64,000 nt of DNA, taken from IMG/VR virus record IMGVR_UViG_3300025364_000002; one strand, written 5' to 3'. The DNA is from a virus (Duplodnaviria; Heunggongvirae; Uroviricota; Caudoviricetes). The notes under the pieces are model-generated. The model was not told the DNA's origin. It was given only the letters and a program-made list of their open reading frames with translations, and made no database searches. Positions 18,114-27,916 of the stretch are shown one piece after another. How positions within the stretch are numbered: the first letter of the stretch is position 1; every line of letters starts with the position of its first letter. A program made the position numbers and the translations under genes.

Positions 18114-20297
18114 CTATGCTAGGAATTCATTCAAAACTGATTCAATCTCAGTTGCATTGAAGTCGCAGTCCGTAACACCGATCGTAAGATCGGCTTCATC
18201 ACGGTCCTGAACCAGGATAGCACCTCGGCCATGAACATTGAACAAGGCAAGGTCAAGCATGTTCGGCTTCGTCTCAGCCATCCTGGAGATTTCTCTCGTA
18301 ATAGCAGAAACCGATTCAAGCGAATTTTCAACTCGGTTGTAAAGAATACGATTCCCCACATAGAGGTCTACAAAGACAATTTCATTAGTGTGCAAGTCTA
18401 CAATCATTGGAAGACTGTATGCGGCACGACCATTCAAGTTGAAAGCATTTTCAACCGTCTTGATATCAAAAGACTTGTACTTTTTATCAACCTTTTTACG
18501 GCACATCCAACCAGCATAGCACTCGTCCATATCAGCAAAGGAATCACCAGCGAAACGATAAATTTGTGGTGCAACATAACGAACGCCCCTCTTCTTTAAG
18601 ACATCAATCTTGACGTCAATGAATTCAGATGCACCATACGGAGCAGAGGTGATATCACCGGAGTGAACAATGCCAGAATCCGAAAGACGGGTGTAGCTAA
18701 CATGACCCCTAAAATTCATATTCTCGTCAAACTGAACCAAGGAAAGGTCAAGGTCTGTACAGGTATTCTTTTGCTTCCACCAAATGAAAAGACGAAGAAC
18801 TTTTGAATCGTCGAACTTAAGACGAGTTCCTCGACCAACAGTCAAGAAAGAATCAGAAGCCTTGCGCTGTTGAAGCGGCACAACAAAGCTCTTCAAAATC
18901 GGGTCAACCCAAACCTTCTTATCGGCCCAGCTTTCCTTTTCCTGTGCAATCTTCTTTTTAATTGCATCAGCCATGATAGCACCAGCAGCTACACCAGTGC
19001 GGTCAAGCTTTGGAAGCTCGTTCTTGAAGATCTTAATTTTGCCCTTTTTATTGATAACAGTACGATAATCGCAGTCATCAACTGTCCAGAAATAACGCTC
19101 CAAAACAAGAAGGGTTTTGAGTGGGACACGCTCTGCAACCTGCTCAAAAGCAGTTAAAACTTCGCCCTCACCACCATGAGCCGAAGCTCGACGAAGAACT
19201 GCGTGAAGTCGTCGAGCGAACTCACCCGGACGCTGCTTGAGCATCTCAAGATCATAAGAACCCGCAGACATAAGCATTTCGATTGTGTTGTTCCACGTGG
19301 CAAGCTTTTTCTCGCTGATTAGAGCGAAACCAGCAACCGCTGTCTTGTATTTGCCAATGTATTCACCAAAGTGAAGACCACGACCAATTGCGATCCAGAG
19401 ACCACGATAAGTCTGCATATCCGTTGCCAAGCCTGGGAATTTATCCAAGGTTGCCATGATCAAACGTCGTTGCCTACGAGAAAATTTTGGAAACTTAATC
19501 TTTTCAGAAAGCGAAATGTCGCTATCTGTAAGTGCAGCAAAAAGACGCAAAAGGTCTGTCGGGGCAGACGCAAGATTTAGCGCAGCCTCATAGTCCCCCT
19601 TGCTCCAGAAATACTTCTGGACGTACGCCTTCGTTTCCTTGAAGGAAATTTGGTCACCGGGAATGTAATCTGCGCCATAAAGGTCAAGCAGAGTTTCAAT
19701 ATCTTCCCTGATGGTTTCTTTGATGGAAGACTTTGCTGTCAAAATATCGTTTAGATACTTCTGCCCAATTTCCCAAGCCTCATGTTCCGTAACAAAACGA
19801 AGCTTTGAAAGTGACTTGGCCGTGTCTTCTTCACGGGCCTTTTGGTTATCAATTCCCTTGAGAAAGAGACCAAGATCTTGAAATTGAGTAATTGGGTCAA
19901 CACCGAACTCATTGAGATCAAAAAGCCATTCAGGTATAATTACGCCCGAATCAAGCGTTTGACCGTTGGTAAACAATCCCAATACATTTCCCATAAGGCC
20001 ATAAAACCTCTTTGAGAAATGCTCAAGTTCCGAAGGAACCTTGTTGGGAAAACCGGAAAAGAGCGGTACGTAATCTACATGACCAGCTTTTAACTTCTTA
20101 AGTGAGTTGATAATCTTTGAATGGTTATCAAGAACAGTGTCAGCATACTTGTGCGTATCAATTGGTTCATAACCAAGAGAAGCCAGGCCGGAAAGGAAAA
20201 TAAGCTTTTTTGCTGGAGTGGCACTCGTGCCATCCGGCACAACTAAAATACGCTTTTGACGGAGTAGTACGTCTGCCAATTTTTTGGAATATGTCAT
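18114..20297 (-). CDS. large protein with C-terminal TerD-like domain
   Basis: LRLFIWW, DLDLS, HSGDITSAPYGASEFIDV motifs; start moved to MTYSKK because the longer ORF overlaps two tRNAs. Confidence 0.75.
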   Translation of the reverse strand: MTYSKKLADVLLRQKRILVVPDGTSATPAKKLIFLSGLASLGYEPIDTHKYADTVLDNHSKIINSLKKLKAGHVDYVPLFSGFPNKVPSELEHFSKRFYGLMGNVLGLFTNGQTLDSGVIIPEWLFDLNEFGVDPITQFQDLGLFLKGIDNQKAREEDTAKSLSKLRFVTEHEAWEIGQKYLNDILTAKSSIKETIREDIETLLDLYGADYIPGDQISFKETKAYVQKYFWSKGDYEAALNLASAPTDLLRLFAALTDSDISLSEKIKFPKFSRRQRRLIMATLDKFPGLATDMQTYRGLWIAIGRGLHFGEYIGKYKTAVAGFALISEKKLATWNNTIEMLMSAGSYDLEMLKQRPGEFARRLHAVLRRASAHGGEGEVLTAFEQVAERVPLKTLLVLERYFWTVDDCDYRTVINKKGKIKIFKNELPKLDRTGVAAGAIMADAIKKKIAQEKESWADKKVWVDPILKSFVVPLQQRKASDSFLTVGRGTRLKFDDSKVLRLFIWWKQKNTCTDLDLSLVQFDENMNFRGHVSYTRLSDSGIVHSGDITSAPYGASEFIDVKIDVLKKRGVRYVAPQIYRFAGDSFADMDECYAGWMCRKKVDKKYKSFDIKTVENAFNLNGRAAYSLPMIVDLHTNEIVFVDLYVGNRILYNRVENSLESVSAITREISRMAETKPNMLDLALFNVHGRGAILVQDRDEADLTIGVTDCDFNATEIESVLNEFLA

Positions 20298-20317
20298 TGT
20301 TTCCCTAATAATATTAG

Positions 20318-20392
20318 TGTGATCGGGGAGAATTGAACTCCCATTTCCCGAGTCACAGTCGGGCGCCTTAAACCATTGAGACCACGACCACC
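20318..20392 (-). tRNA. tRNA-His(GTG)
   Basis: Loop CTGTGAC, encoded G-1, A73 rather than C73. Confidence 0.88.
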
Positions 20393-20403
20393 ACAAAATT
20401 TGA

Positions 20404-20480
20404 AGACGAGGTAGGGAATCGAACCCTAATAACATGCGGTTTTGCAGACCGCCGGCAGCAAACCCAGCTACAACCTCGTC
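20404..20480 (-). tRNA. tRNA-Cys(GCA)
   Basis: Loop CTGCAAA, U73. Confidence 0.88.
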
Positions 20481-20523
20481 ATTAGACTTATATTTTTAGC
20501 AGGCAATCACTAAAGTGTAAACC

Positions 20524-22107
20524 CTATTGGCCACTTTTTCCATAATTAGGCAACACTCTAGCACTTGGATCGGTAACCTTGCAATTTTCCCATTCTTGGT
20601 TGGGCAACCAAAGTGCAGGTATAAGCTTGTCACGACCAGGATAATGTTTGTCAAAGATTTGACGGTAAAACAAACCTTCTTTGCTTAGTGGAGGTACATG
20701 TTTATATTCAGCACTCCATGCTTCAAACTCTTTATCAGAAATCATCATTTCTGCATATGCCTTAATTCCATCAGCAACTGAATGTCCAACTGCGTCAGAA
20801 AATGCTGCTTTATCTCTAAATAAAACATCTTTAGGCAGAAGTTTGAATTCTTCAAAAGAAGAACGTAGAAGGTGCTTTCCAATGCCTGTTGTGTTCATCT
20901 TAACCTGTGGATCAATTGACATAACGAAATCAACAAATTCAAGATCGCCAAATGGCACACGAGCCTCTAGAGCGTGTGAAGAAATACAACGGTCAGCTCT
21001 CAACACGTCATAAAGATAAAGCTCTCTGATGCGCTTCTGAGCCTCTTCCTGAAAAGCCGCAGGAGTCGGTGCAAAGTCTGTGTACTTGTAACCAAAAAGC
21101 TCATCAGAAACTTCACCAGTCATAAGAACTTTAATATCAGTATTCTCACGAATCCATTTACAAACCAAGTACATTCCGATAGATGCTCTTATTGTTGTTA
21201 CATCCCAAGTTTCAAGCTGATAAATCAACTCGTCAAGGGTGTTCATAACTTCCTGTTGAGTGAAAGTTACGGTTGTGTGTTCCGCACCAATATATTCGGC
21301 CACCTTTTCAGCCCATGGGTTATCAATAGCATCAAGCTCTGATCCTACCGAAAAAGTTCTAATTGGAGTTTTCAAAAGTTTTGAAGCGATGGCACAAACC
21401 AAACTAGAATCTAAACCACCGCTAAGCAGGAAACCAATCGGTGCATCTGAATGCAAACGCTTTTCTACAGCTTTTGTAAGTTTGGTTGCAATTCCATCCT
21501 TCACTTCTTCAATAGGCCGATGAAACGTATGCTGGTCTACCATCGACCGAAAGGGCTTCAATTGTCCATTAATGAGGATATGTCCTGGCGGAAACGGCAT
21601 TACCGTTTCGAATAGATCAGTCAATGCTTTTGCTTCGGATGCTAGTGCATATTCTCCATCTGGATTGACTCCGTAAAATAGAGGTCGAATACCAATTGGA
21701 TCTCGTGCCGCTTGCAGATCATCAGAACTTGCATTATAATAAACCAGTGCGAATTCAGCATCTAAGTTTTGGGCCGCACGAAGCATACCGACGTTAGCTA
21801 TTAACGGCAACAGTGCTTCACAATCAGAAGTAGATCGATAATCATAGCCAGAATACATCTCTCTTAGATGCTTTTCATTGTAAATCTCACCGTTGCAAAC
21901 TACGAATGCTTCGTTAGTGTAATCAACAAATGGCTGGTTTCCACGAAACGTCAAATCCATGATTGATAAACGATGAAATGCAATGAAAACATCATTAACT
22001 CTTTGATACGTGGTCAAGTCAGGTCCACGATGCTTTAACCTTGAAGCAGCTTCTACAAGTTTATGTTCAGGGATTTTTATGCCCTTATACGCAAAGATTC
22101 CGCACAT
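20524..22107 (-). CDS. asnB: asparagine synthetase B (glutamine-hydrolyzing)
   Basis: N-terminal MCGIF Ntn nucleophile, HRGPD, CNGEIYN, RDPIGIRPL, LLSGGLDSS, EARVPF. Confidence 0.96.
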   Translation of the reverse strand: MCGIFAYKGIKIPEHKLVEAASRLKHRGPDLTTYQRVNDVFIAFHRLSIMDLTFRGNQPFVDYTNEAFVVCNGEIYNEKHLREMYSGYDYRSTSDCEALLPLIANVGMLRAAQNLDAEFALVYYNASSDDLQAARDPIGIRPLFYGVNPDGEYALASEAKALTDLFETVMPFPPGHILINGQLKPFRSMVDQHTFHRPIEEVKDGIATKLTKAVEKRLHSDAPIGFLLSGGLDSSLVCAIASKLLKTPIRTFSVGSELDAIDNPWAEKVAEYIGAEHTTVTFTQQEVMNTLDELIYQLETWDVTTIRASIGMYLVCKWIRENTDIKVLMTGEVSDELFGYKYTDFAPTPAAFQEEAQKRIRELYLYDVLRADRCISSHALEARVPFGDLEFVDFVMSIDPQVKMNTTGIGKHLLRSSFEEFKLLPKDVLFRDKAAFSDAVGHSVADGIKAYAEMMISDKEFEAWSAEYKHVPPLSKEGLFYRQIFDKHYPGRDKLIPALWLPNQEWENCKVTDPSARVLPNYGKSGQ

Positions 22108-22182
22108 ATGTGTCTTCCTACTTTCTCTATGGAAGATATCATCTTATGAAAAAGCTGTTTACCAGCTTTGGAAATTAACAAA

Positions 22183-22267
22183 GGAAGGTGGACTTGCACC
22201 ACATACGGATATATCCTCACTCCTGAATACTGGAGCTGCTTTCACCATACCCATACCGCACCTCTCC
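22183..22267 (-). pseudogene. degenerate class II tRNA-like sequence
   Basis: GGAGAGG start, GTGG-TGCAAGT-CCAC T-like arm, 8-nt loop. Confidence 0.35.
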
Positions 22268-22305
22268 ACGAGGTGGTCAGCACGCTTGTCTGATTCATCC
22301 AGTGT

Positions 22306-22392
22306 TGGCGGAAGGCAGAGGAGTTGAACCCCATGGCCGAAACCACTCCACGCTTAGCAGGCGGGACCTGTCACCGTTCAGGATTACCTTCC
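22306..22392 (-). tRNA. tRNA-Ser(GCT)
   Basis: Loop CTGCTAA, long variable arm, G73, CCA. Confidence 0.92.
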
Positions 22393-22448
22393 ATGTTGTT
22401 TGTTTTCAATAACAATACACTCTTTTAAAGAGCTTATTCTTACGTTAG

Positions 22449-22539
22449 CGGAGAGCACTGGAGTCGAACCAGATGCGAGTTTCTCACCCGCACGCACCGC
22501 TTTCCAGGCGGCCCCCATCACCGTCAGGGCTTACTCTCC
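22449..22539 (-). tRNA. tRNA-Ser(GGA)
   Basis: Loop CTGGAAA, long variable arm, G-CTA end. Confidence 0.92.
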
Positions 22540-22793
22540 AAAATTATTCAAATGAATTTCACAGAAATTACTAAGCATCATTGCCGTATCCTTGTAAGTA
22601 TGGGACTACAAAGAAAGAATAGATAGTTCACACCCTGCATTAGCACAATAACGCTTGTAAGTTTAAGCAAATCGTGGTCCACTATTTCAATCAAAAACAC
22701 AGATTGTTCTTCAAATGATTTTACATTGAGCACGCATCTAAGATACAGTTACAACTCAAACGTTCTCTGCTTGAGCATCTTTTTCTTGCTTAG

Positions 22794-22930
22794 TCGAGAA
22801 GGTAGGGATCGAACCTACTATCATCCGTTGGATACGGAAGTCAAGAACATACATGTTCACACAATTATGAGTCATGTAGCACTTGTGGCATCCTTCACTG
22901 GGACCGCTTTTCCAGTAAGCTATCTTCTCG
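22794..22930 (-). ncRNA. 137-nt tRNA-scaffold RNA with several anticodon-like hairpins
   Basis: Acceptor CGAGAAG/CTTCTCG, D arm and T arm enclose hairpins with loops CAGTGAA, CTCATAA, TGTA and TATCCAA. Confidence 0.8.
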
Positions 22931-22931
22931 T

Positions 22932-23018
22932 TGGTGGAAGGTTGAGGTGTCGATCCCCACAGCCGAAGCTGCGCACTGTTTTCAAGACAGGCCCCGGAGC
23001 CGTCCGGGTTAACCTTCC
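22932..23018 (-). tRNA. tRNA-Ser(TGA)
   Basis: Loop CTTGAAA, long variable arm, atypical T loop ATCGACA, CCA. Confidence 0.85.
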
Positions 23019-23426
23019 AAAATTATCATTGACATGTATCATATCAGTCGTTTATATTCTTACAAACTCTATTACTCGCCTTCTGTAGGTTTGCTTACTT
23101 CAAGATTTACTTCTGCTAAAACTTGTTCAAGGCCCACTTGGTCAGTCTCTTCTTCACCTTTTTTAGTAAGGTTATCACACATAGTTTTGTGATGACATTT
23201 CAAACCCTTGTTGGCTGATACATGAATGATAAGTTGTTTTTGTTGTCAACAAAAACAACCAAGTAGTTACGCAGACCGTGTCTAGAATTATTTACCCATC
23301 CATCTTTCTGTTAGCACCCTCAACCAGCATGCCAAAACTTTCTCGTTCGTTGTTGAATGCTCACAAATCAACGACGTTGCTAAAAGCCCCAAACTAATAA
23401 ATTAAAAGACGAACAGCTTTCTGCTT

Positions 23427-23822
23427 CTAAAATAGAAACACATCACCTGCTCCACCGAATTGGCGGATAAAGCCTAACGCATAATTCCAACCAGCTTCGT
23501 TGGCCTGAAAGAGTGACACAGAATATCGATTATCTGTGACTTCATCCTCCCAAACCCATCGTATTTCTTTTTTTATTTCAAAAATCTTGCGAAGTTGAAC
23601 ATAGTCAACGTGGTTTCTATAAACCAATATAATGTTTTTAGTTCTAATAGCAAGAAGTGAACCAAAGATAGCAAATTGCTTTATTTCTTTGTCTTCTGTT
23701 AAAAACTTGATTGCATCAAGTGATGTTTGAGAATGGCCTTGGTTCTCCAGAGATTTTAACTTCACAAGTATGTCCTCGGAAGATTTTGGGGAGTTGCTCG
23801 CCAACTTCTTTATTTTTGACAT
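23427..23822 (-). CDS. hypothetical protein (start uncertain)
   Basis: Protein-like C-terminal part; overlaps the upstream ORF. Confidence 0.45.
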   Translation of the reverse strand: MSKIKKLASNSPKSSEDILVKLKSLENQGHSQTSLDAIKFLTEDKEIKQFAIFGSLLAIRTKNIILVYRNHVDYVQLRKIFEIKKEIRWVWEDEVTDNRYSVSLFQANEAGWNYALGFIRQFGGAGDVFLF

Positions 23823-24003
23823 AGAAAAAAATCCTATCAGTTCCAATTCCAACAGCTCTAACTCCAGTTGATTCGCCATTCTCTTGTTCTACAAACTGTT
23901 CAGAAGCAAGTTTGGCAGCCTCACGTAAAGGAAGTTCCTCATTGCTGGGATGGGAGTATGGATCAATGTATTTTGTTTGTTTGGTCATCTCTTTCTTACT
24001 CAA
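23716..24003 (-). CDS. hypothetical protein
   Basis: 95-aa ORF with natural composition. Confidence 0.6.
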   Translation of the reverse strand: MSKKEMTKQTKYIDPYSHPSNEELPLREAAKLASEQFVEQENGESTGVRAVGIGTDRIFFYVKNKEVGEQLPKIFRGHTCEVKISGEPRPFSNIT

Positions 24004-24042
24004 TCATAACGCTTTATGTGCATCAGTTTACCACATGCCTGG

Positions 24043-25908
24043 CTATTCTTCAAGCCTTTTTTCAAAGGCCATACAAGCTTCTCCGTAATCCTTGAGAAGT
24101 TTGTCAAAATCTTCAAAACTAATATATGCACGACCATTTTTGCCCCAGCTGTTTCCAGACCAAACAGCTTTACCATTTCGTCTCACAAAAACAATCTGAT
24201 TTGGAACACTGACACAGTAAACCTTTCCCTTGTATTGTTCTTTCTGTGGCACCCAACCACAACCAGGACTTGGTGTCCTTTGTATTTCTTTAATACCAAC
24301 TCTATATTCAACAAAACGAGTTGTTCCTGATTTGTTTTTTCGACCTACTCTATCAACAAAAGAAACATCGCCACAACGTCCTGTTTTTAAGCACAACTCT
24401 TGAAAATCGTCAGCCAATTTTTTTGAGGAAGTGTAATATGTTCTTTTAATGCTTCCGTTTTTTCCTTCTTTAATAGAGCCATCGCCCAACATCAGTGCCT
24501 GATACAATACCTCTAATTTTGCGGCCGAAAGCGCTTTAATGTTTGCTAGAATGTACTTTTCATGTGATTTTCCGAAATCAATCAAATACTCGTACAATTC
24601 TTTGGAGGCGCAGGTCCATGTGCCACTTTTTTCATTTCTACAAAAATTGAAAGGAAGCCTGCGCAAACATTGTTCAATTTTTTCAATATTTGCCCTACTT
24701 TTAGTTTGCGATATTGAGGTAATAAATTGCTGTTCGACAACTGCCTTGTTATACGTGGTCGTTTCGACGAATTCCTTTTCGTCTTGACCGAGTAAATACC
24801 TACCAGTTGTTACGCTTCGTCCAGGTTTGGTTATGAATCGTTCATGTTTTACACGTTTTATTCGAGGTTTGCGTATAAAGGTATTTTTACTGCAATGCCC
24901 TTCAGAAAGAAAATACCCGAGAAATTCTAACCAGTCCTCTGTCGGTACAACCTTCTTTCCCACTCTAAAGGTGGGAATGTCCTCGCCCTGCCAAAGTGCG
25001 TCTTTTTTCATGTGAAAAAACTTAATTGGTATTTTTCTGGCTTCCTCTAATTGCCAAACTTCTGAGCTTCTTGGCTTGTAATAAATCCTATGATTTGGTG
25101 TAATAGCCAAATCAACGTCACGTGATTTGTAGTTTCACATTTCTCCGACGTAAGGATAGCAGTGATGCTCACTAGGAATTTGGAATTCAAGTTGCTCAGT
25201 TTGACTGTTTAGAGTAGCAACTTTGTCGGACACACATAAATTTCTAAAAAGCTTCCATCCACTTTCTGTAAGTATTTCCGTTTGATCATCGAAACAACGT
25301 CCCCAAGAATTCTTAATCCTGAAGCGCTGCTTTTTTACATTAACACCAGTGATAACATATGCATGGCCACCAGCTTTATGACCCGTCGCTTTAATAAGTC
25401 CATTTTTATCGGGATAAAACATATCTGAATACCACCAAGTGCCTACAACCATTGGACCAAGGTGCAACACCGTTTGGACAACTTCATCTAAGGTAGATGC
25501 CCATCTAAACTCTGAAACAACACCTAATTGTCGAAGAATTTTGGCACCTGCTCTAACGCTCGTACCATCATAATCCTCACCTACCCATTCGTCAATTTTT
25601 TGAGCTTCGTTGTAAATGCTCGCCGGGTTGAAAAGAGGCTGATGTTTTTCATGACGAGATTCATTAAGGTAGGAAGGATCAAAGTCACGATTCTTGTAGA
25701 AATGCGTAATTGGACCATCTTCCAACCAATGCACCCAAGAAAATGCAACGCAATGTGGCAAATAACCTTGGTCACCCCACCAAGCAGAATCCCACCAGTA
25801 ACGATATTCTCTCTCAGGGGCAGAACCTTTGGGAGGAAGTGCTTTGGAAATTGGATAATTTTTGTCCCGACTATCGGGAATGTGAACACGACCTAATGCA
25901 TATTTCAT
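24043..25908 (-). CDS. papain-like (C1A) cysteine peptidase with an intein interrupted by one in-frame TGA
   Basis: DQG..PHCVAFS, GGHAY, KNSWGR|SWGKNGRAYISF; ORFs 25135..25965 and 24043..25110 are in the same frame. Confidence 0.85.
24151..25296 (-). mobile_element. intein with LAGLIDADG domain, TGA at 25135-25137
   Basis: Starts CFDDQTEILTESGW, ends CVSVPNQIVFVRRNGKAVWSGN before Ser+1; FLGYFLSEG and ALMLGDG motifs. Confidence 0.9.
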
Positions 25909-25942
25909 AATGATCTCAAAAATATTTAGGTCGCCGAATGGA

Positions 25943-26383
25943 TTAGAACTTTCTTGTGAACTCATCCACCTTGTTATTAAGCCAAGCTTGCCTTGTATTA
26001 GTTTTTTGGTGGCCTTTCACATGTCTTATCTTTATCAAACAATCCTGAGAGTCCAGCAACTCATAAAGAATTGCACGAATTTTCAACCAATCATTTCTTT
26101 TGAGACCTTCGACACCATTGGGGCGATATTTCAAATAATGCATTGCAACTTGAGAATCAGTGCAGACAAGAACACCCTTTATCTCTTCATTGCGCCAAGT
26201 TTCAAATATTTCTACAACACCAATGAGTATCGCTGCAATCTCAGCAGAGTTACTACATTTGACCCATTTAGGCAATTTTCCATGCTTGGTTATCCGGCCT
26301 CTATCACTTTTGGCCCAAAATCCCCATCCGCCTTCCTTTGTTTCAGGAAACCAGCTCGCATCCGTATAAATGGTGACCCACAT
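25943..26383 (-). CDS. ribonuclease HI-like protein
   Basis: IYTDAS, SNSAEIAAI, CTDSQ, HVKGH, NNKVD catalytic pattern. Confidence 0.85.
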   Translation of the reverse strand: MWVTIYTDASWFPETKEGGWGFWAKSDRGRITKHGKLPKWVKCSNSAEIAAILIGVVEIFETWRNEEIKGVLVCTDSQVAMHYLKYRPNGVEGLKRNDWLKIRAILYELLDSQDCLIKIRHVKGHQKTNTRQAWLNNKVDEFTRKF

Positions 26384-26384
26384 G

Positions 26385-26891
26385 TTATCTTTCGTTAAAT
26401 AAGTAGAGGACTGCTGCCCAGCCACTATCCAACAATTGAGGAGGTTCATCCCGATCCGTCAATTTATCACCATGTTTGACAATTAAATCCAAAAAAAGTT
26501 TTGCATGAAGCATTGCTTCTATTTGTGGGCGAGTGTGCTTGAGCCAATCTGAATTATGTGAGAGATCAAAATCATGTCCAGTACCAGCTTTAACGATCTC
26601 ACGAAACCAATGATTAAGTTCCCACTCATCACCAGCAATCTTTTCGAAGAAATTGACCAAACGTTGTGTTAGCTCTTGTGAGCGATATGTTTTAAAACTG
26701 CAATGGTAGAAACGATAAAACATATCGGCAACACCCCAATCGTCATCAAGATCAGCCTGAAGTTTTTTCGCCTCATCTAGATGTTCTTTGATTTGCTGGA
26801 AGAATCGACGGTGTTTTTCTTCACGTGCTTGTTGTTCCTGGCGAATCTTTTCTCTGCGCTCATTGAGCTTTAACTCTTTGTCTTCGGTCAT
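26385..26891 (-). CDS. hypothetical protein
   Basis: 168-aa ORF. Confidence 0.7.
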   Translation of the reverse strand: MTEDKELKLNERREKIRQEQQAREEKHRRFFQQIKEHLDEAKKLQADLDDDWGVADMFYRFYHCSFKTYRSQELTQRLVNFFEKIAGDEWELNHWFREIVKAGTGHDFDLSHNSDWLKHTRPQIEAMLHAKLFLDLIVKHGDKLTDRDEPPQLLDSGWAAVLYLFNER

Positions 26892-26892
26892 C

Positions 26893-27384
26893 TTAAACTC
26901 TGCACAAATCTTTAACTTGTTGTATCACTTCATCCATAGAAACTGCAACCGTTCTACGTGGAAATTGTTTGTTAAATTTATATGCCAAATATCGGCACTT
27001 TTCAGCACCAGGGGGGTAACCTAAAATTATTTTTCTTTTTTTATCTAACCACCAACCGAATTCAACATTCGTTGTAAATCCAGGCATGCCACCTTCAATG
27101 TCCCTAGGAATCCAAAATATTAAAATATCAGAATACCTAATGGCTTCTTCTTCCCAATCTACTTGATCTAAGTAATTTTTGTTCCAAATGCCATTTCGTG
27201 GTTCTGGAATAAGAACTTCAGTGACCATCGAACTCCTCAAGTCCTTGAGCTTTAAAAGCATTTCAGGTCGCCAAGATGGTAATGGAGTATCGGCCCTTGG
27301 GGTGGGACCGGCTAAAAATACAGATTGTCCAATCTTGAGACCCTTGTGTTTAGGCAGCGGCTCCTGTGCATATATGAGTTTCAT
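26893..27384 (-). CDS. nucleoside 2-deoxyribosyltransferase-like protein
   Basis: VFLAGP...SWR, QVDWE, IFWIPR...MPGFTTNVEFG. Confidence 0.82.
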   Translation of the reverse strand: MKLIYAQEPLPKHKGLKIGQSVFLAGPTPRADTPLPSWRPEMLLKLKDLRSSMVTEVLIPEPRNGIWNKNYLDQVDWEEEAIRYSDILIFWIPRDIEGGMPGFTTNVEFGWWLDKKRKIILGYPPGAEKCRYLAYKFNKQFPRRTVAVSMDEVIQQVKDLCRV

Positions 27385-27428
27385 TTTCTACCCTTAGAAT
27401 TGTTTTCTACTGCCTTATGAACATAAAG

Positions 27429-27821
27429 TCAAAGACAAATATTACCCCAAGGGATTGTACTGCCAGCGCAATAACCAGAACATCCTATTGCGGTTGAGTA
27501 TGCTCTGCCCGAGCAACATCCCGTTGCGGTTCTAATTTGACCCTCATATGCAGGACCCCAACAACCGCAACTTAGAATAACTGCTCCAGGTGGACGGCAA
27601 GATGGCGGTGGAGGTGTTGTACCAGCATCTACTGATGGAGGTGTTGTACTGCAAGTGCAACCGCCCCAACGCTCACCATCATACGAGCAAGTTTGAGAAC
27701 CAGATTCACCATTTGGGCAAACGCAAGTCTTTGTGTCACCAGGATCACAAACTCGTTCTCCTCCACTACATTCAACTCCCATGAGTAGTGCAGCTGCCAT
27801 AACAATACCAATCATTCTCAT
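27429..27821 (-). CDS. Cys-rich secreted/lipoprotein of myxobacterial type
   Basis: Signal peptide, CDPGDTKTCVCPNG..GSQTC, VDAG, Pro linker. Confidence 0.72.
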   Translation of the reverse strand: MRMIGIVMAAALLMGVECSGGERVCDPGDTKTCVCPNGESGSQTCSYDGERWGGCTCSTTPPSVDAGTTPPPPSCRPPGAVILSCGCWGPAYEGQIRTATGCCSGRAYSTAIGCSGYCAGSTIPWGNICL

Positions 27822-27840
27822 TTCATAATTCTTTTTAGGT

Positions 27841-27916
27841 TGGAGCTAGCGAGGGGAGTCGAACCCCTAGCCTCAGCTTTACAAGAGCCGTGCTCTACCA
27901 ATTGAGCTACGCTAGC
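27841..27916 (-). tRNA. tRNA-Thr(TGT)
   Basis: Canonical, CCA. Confidence 0.95.

Noticed and set aside
22183-22267. tRNA-Sec that could read the intein TGA
   Set aside because: TTCA is off-centre in an 8-nt loop, and the acceptor is short and mispaired rather than the extended Sec type.
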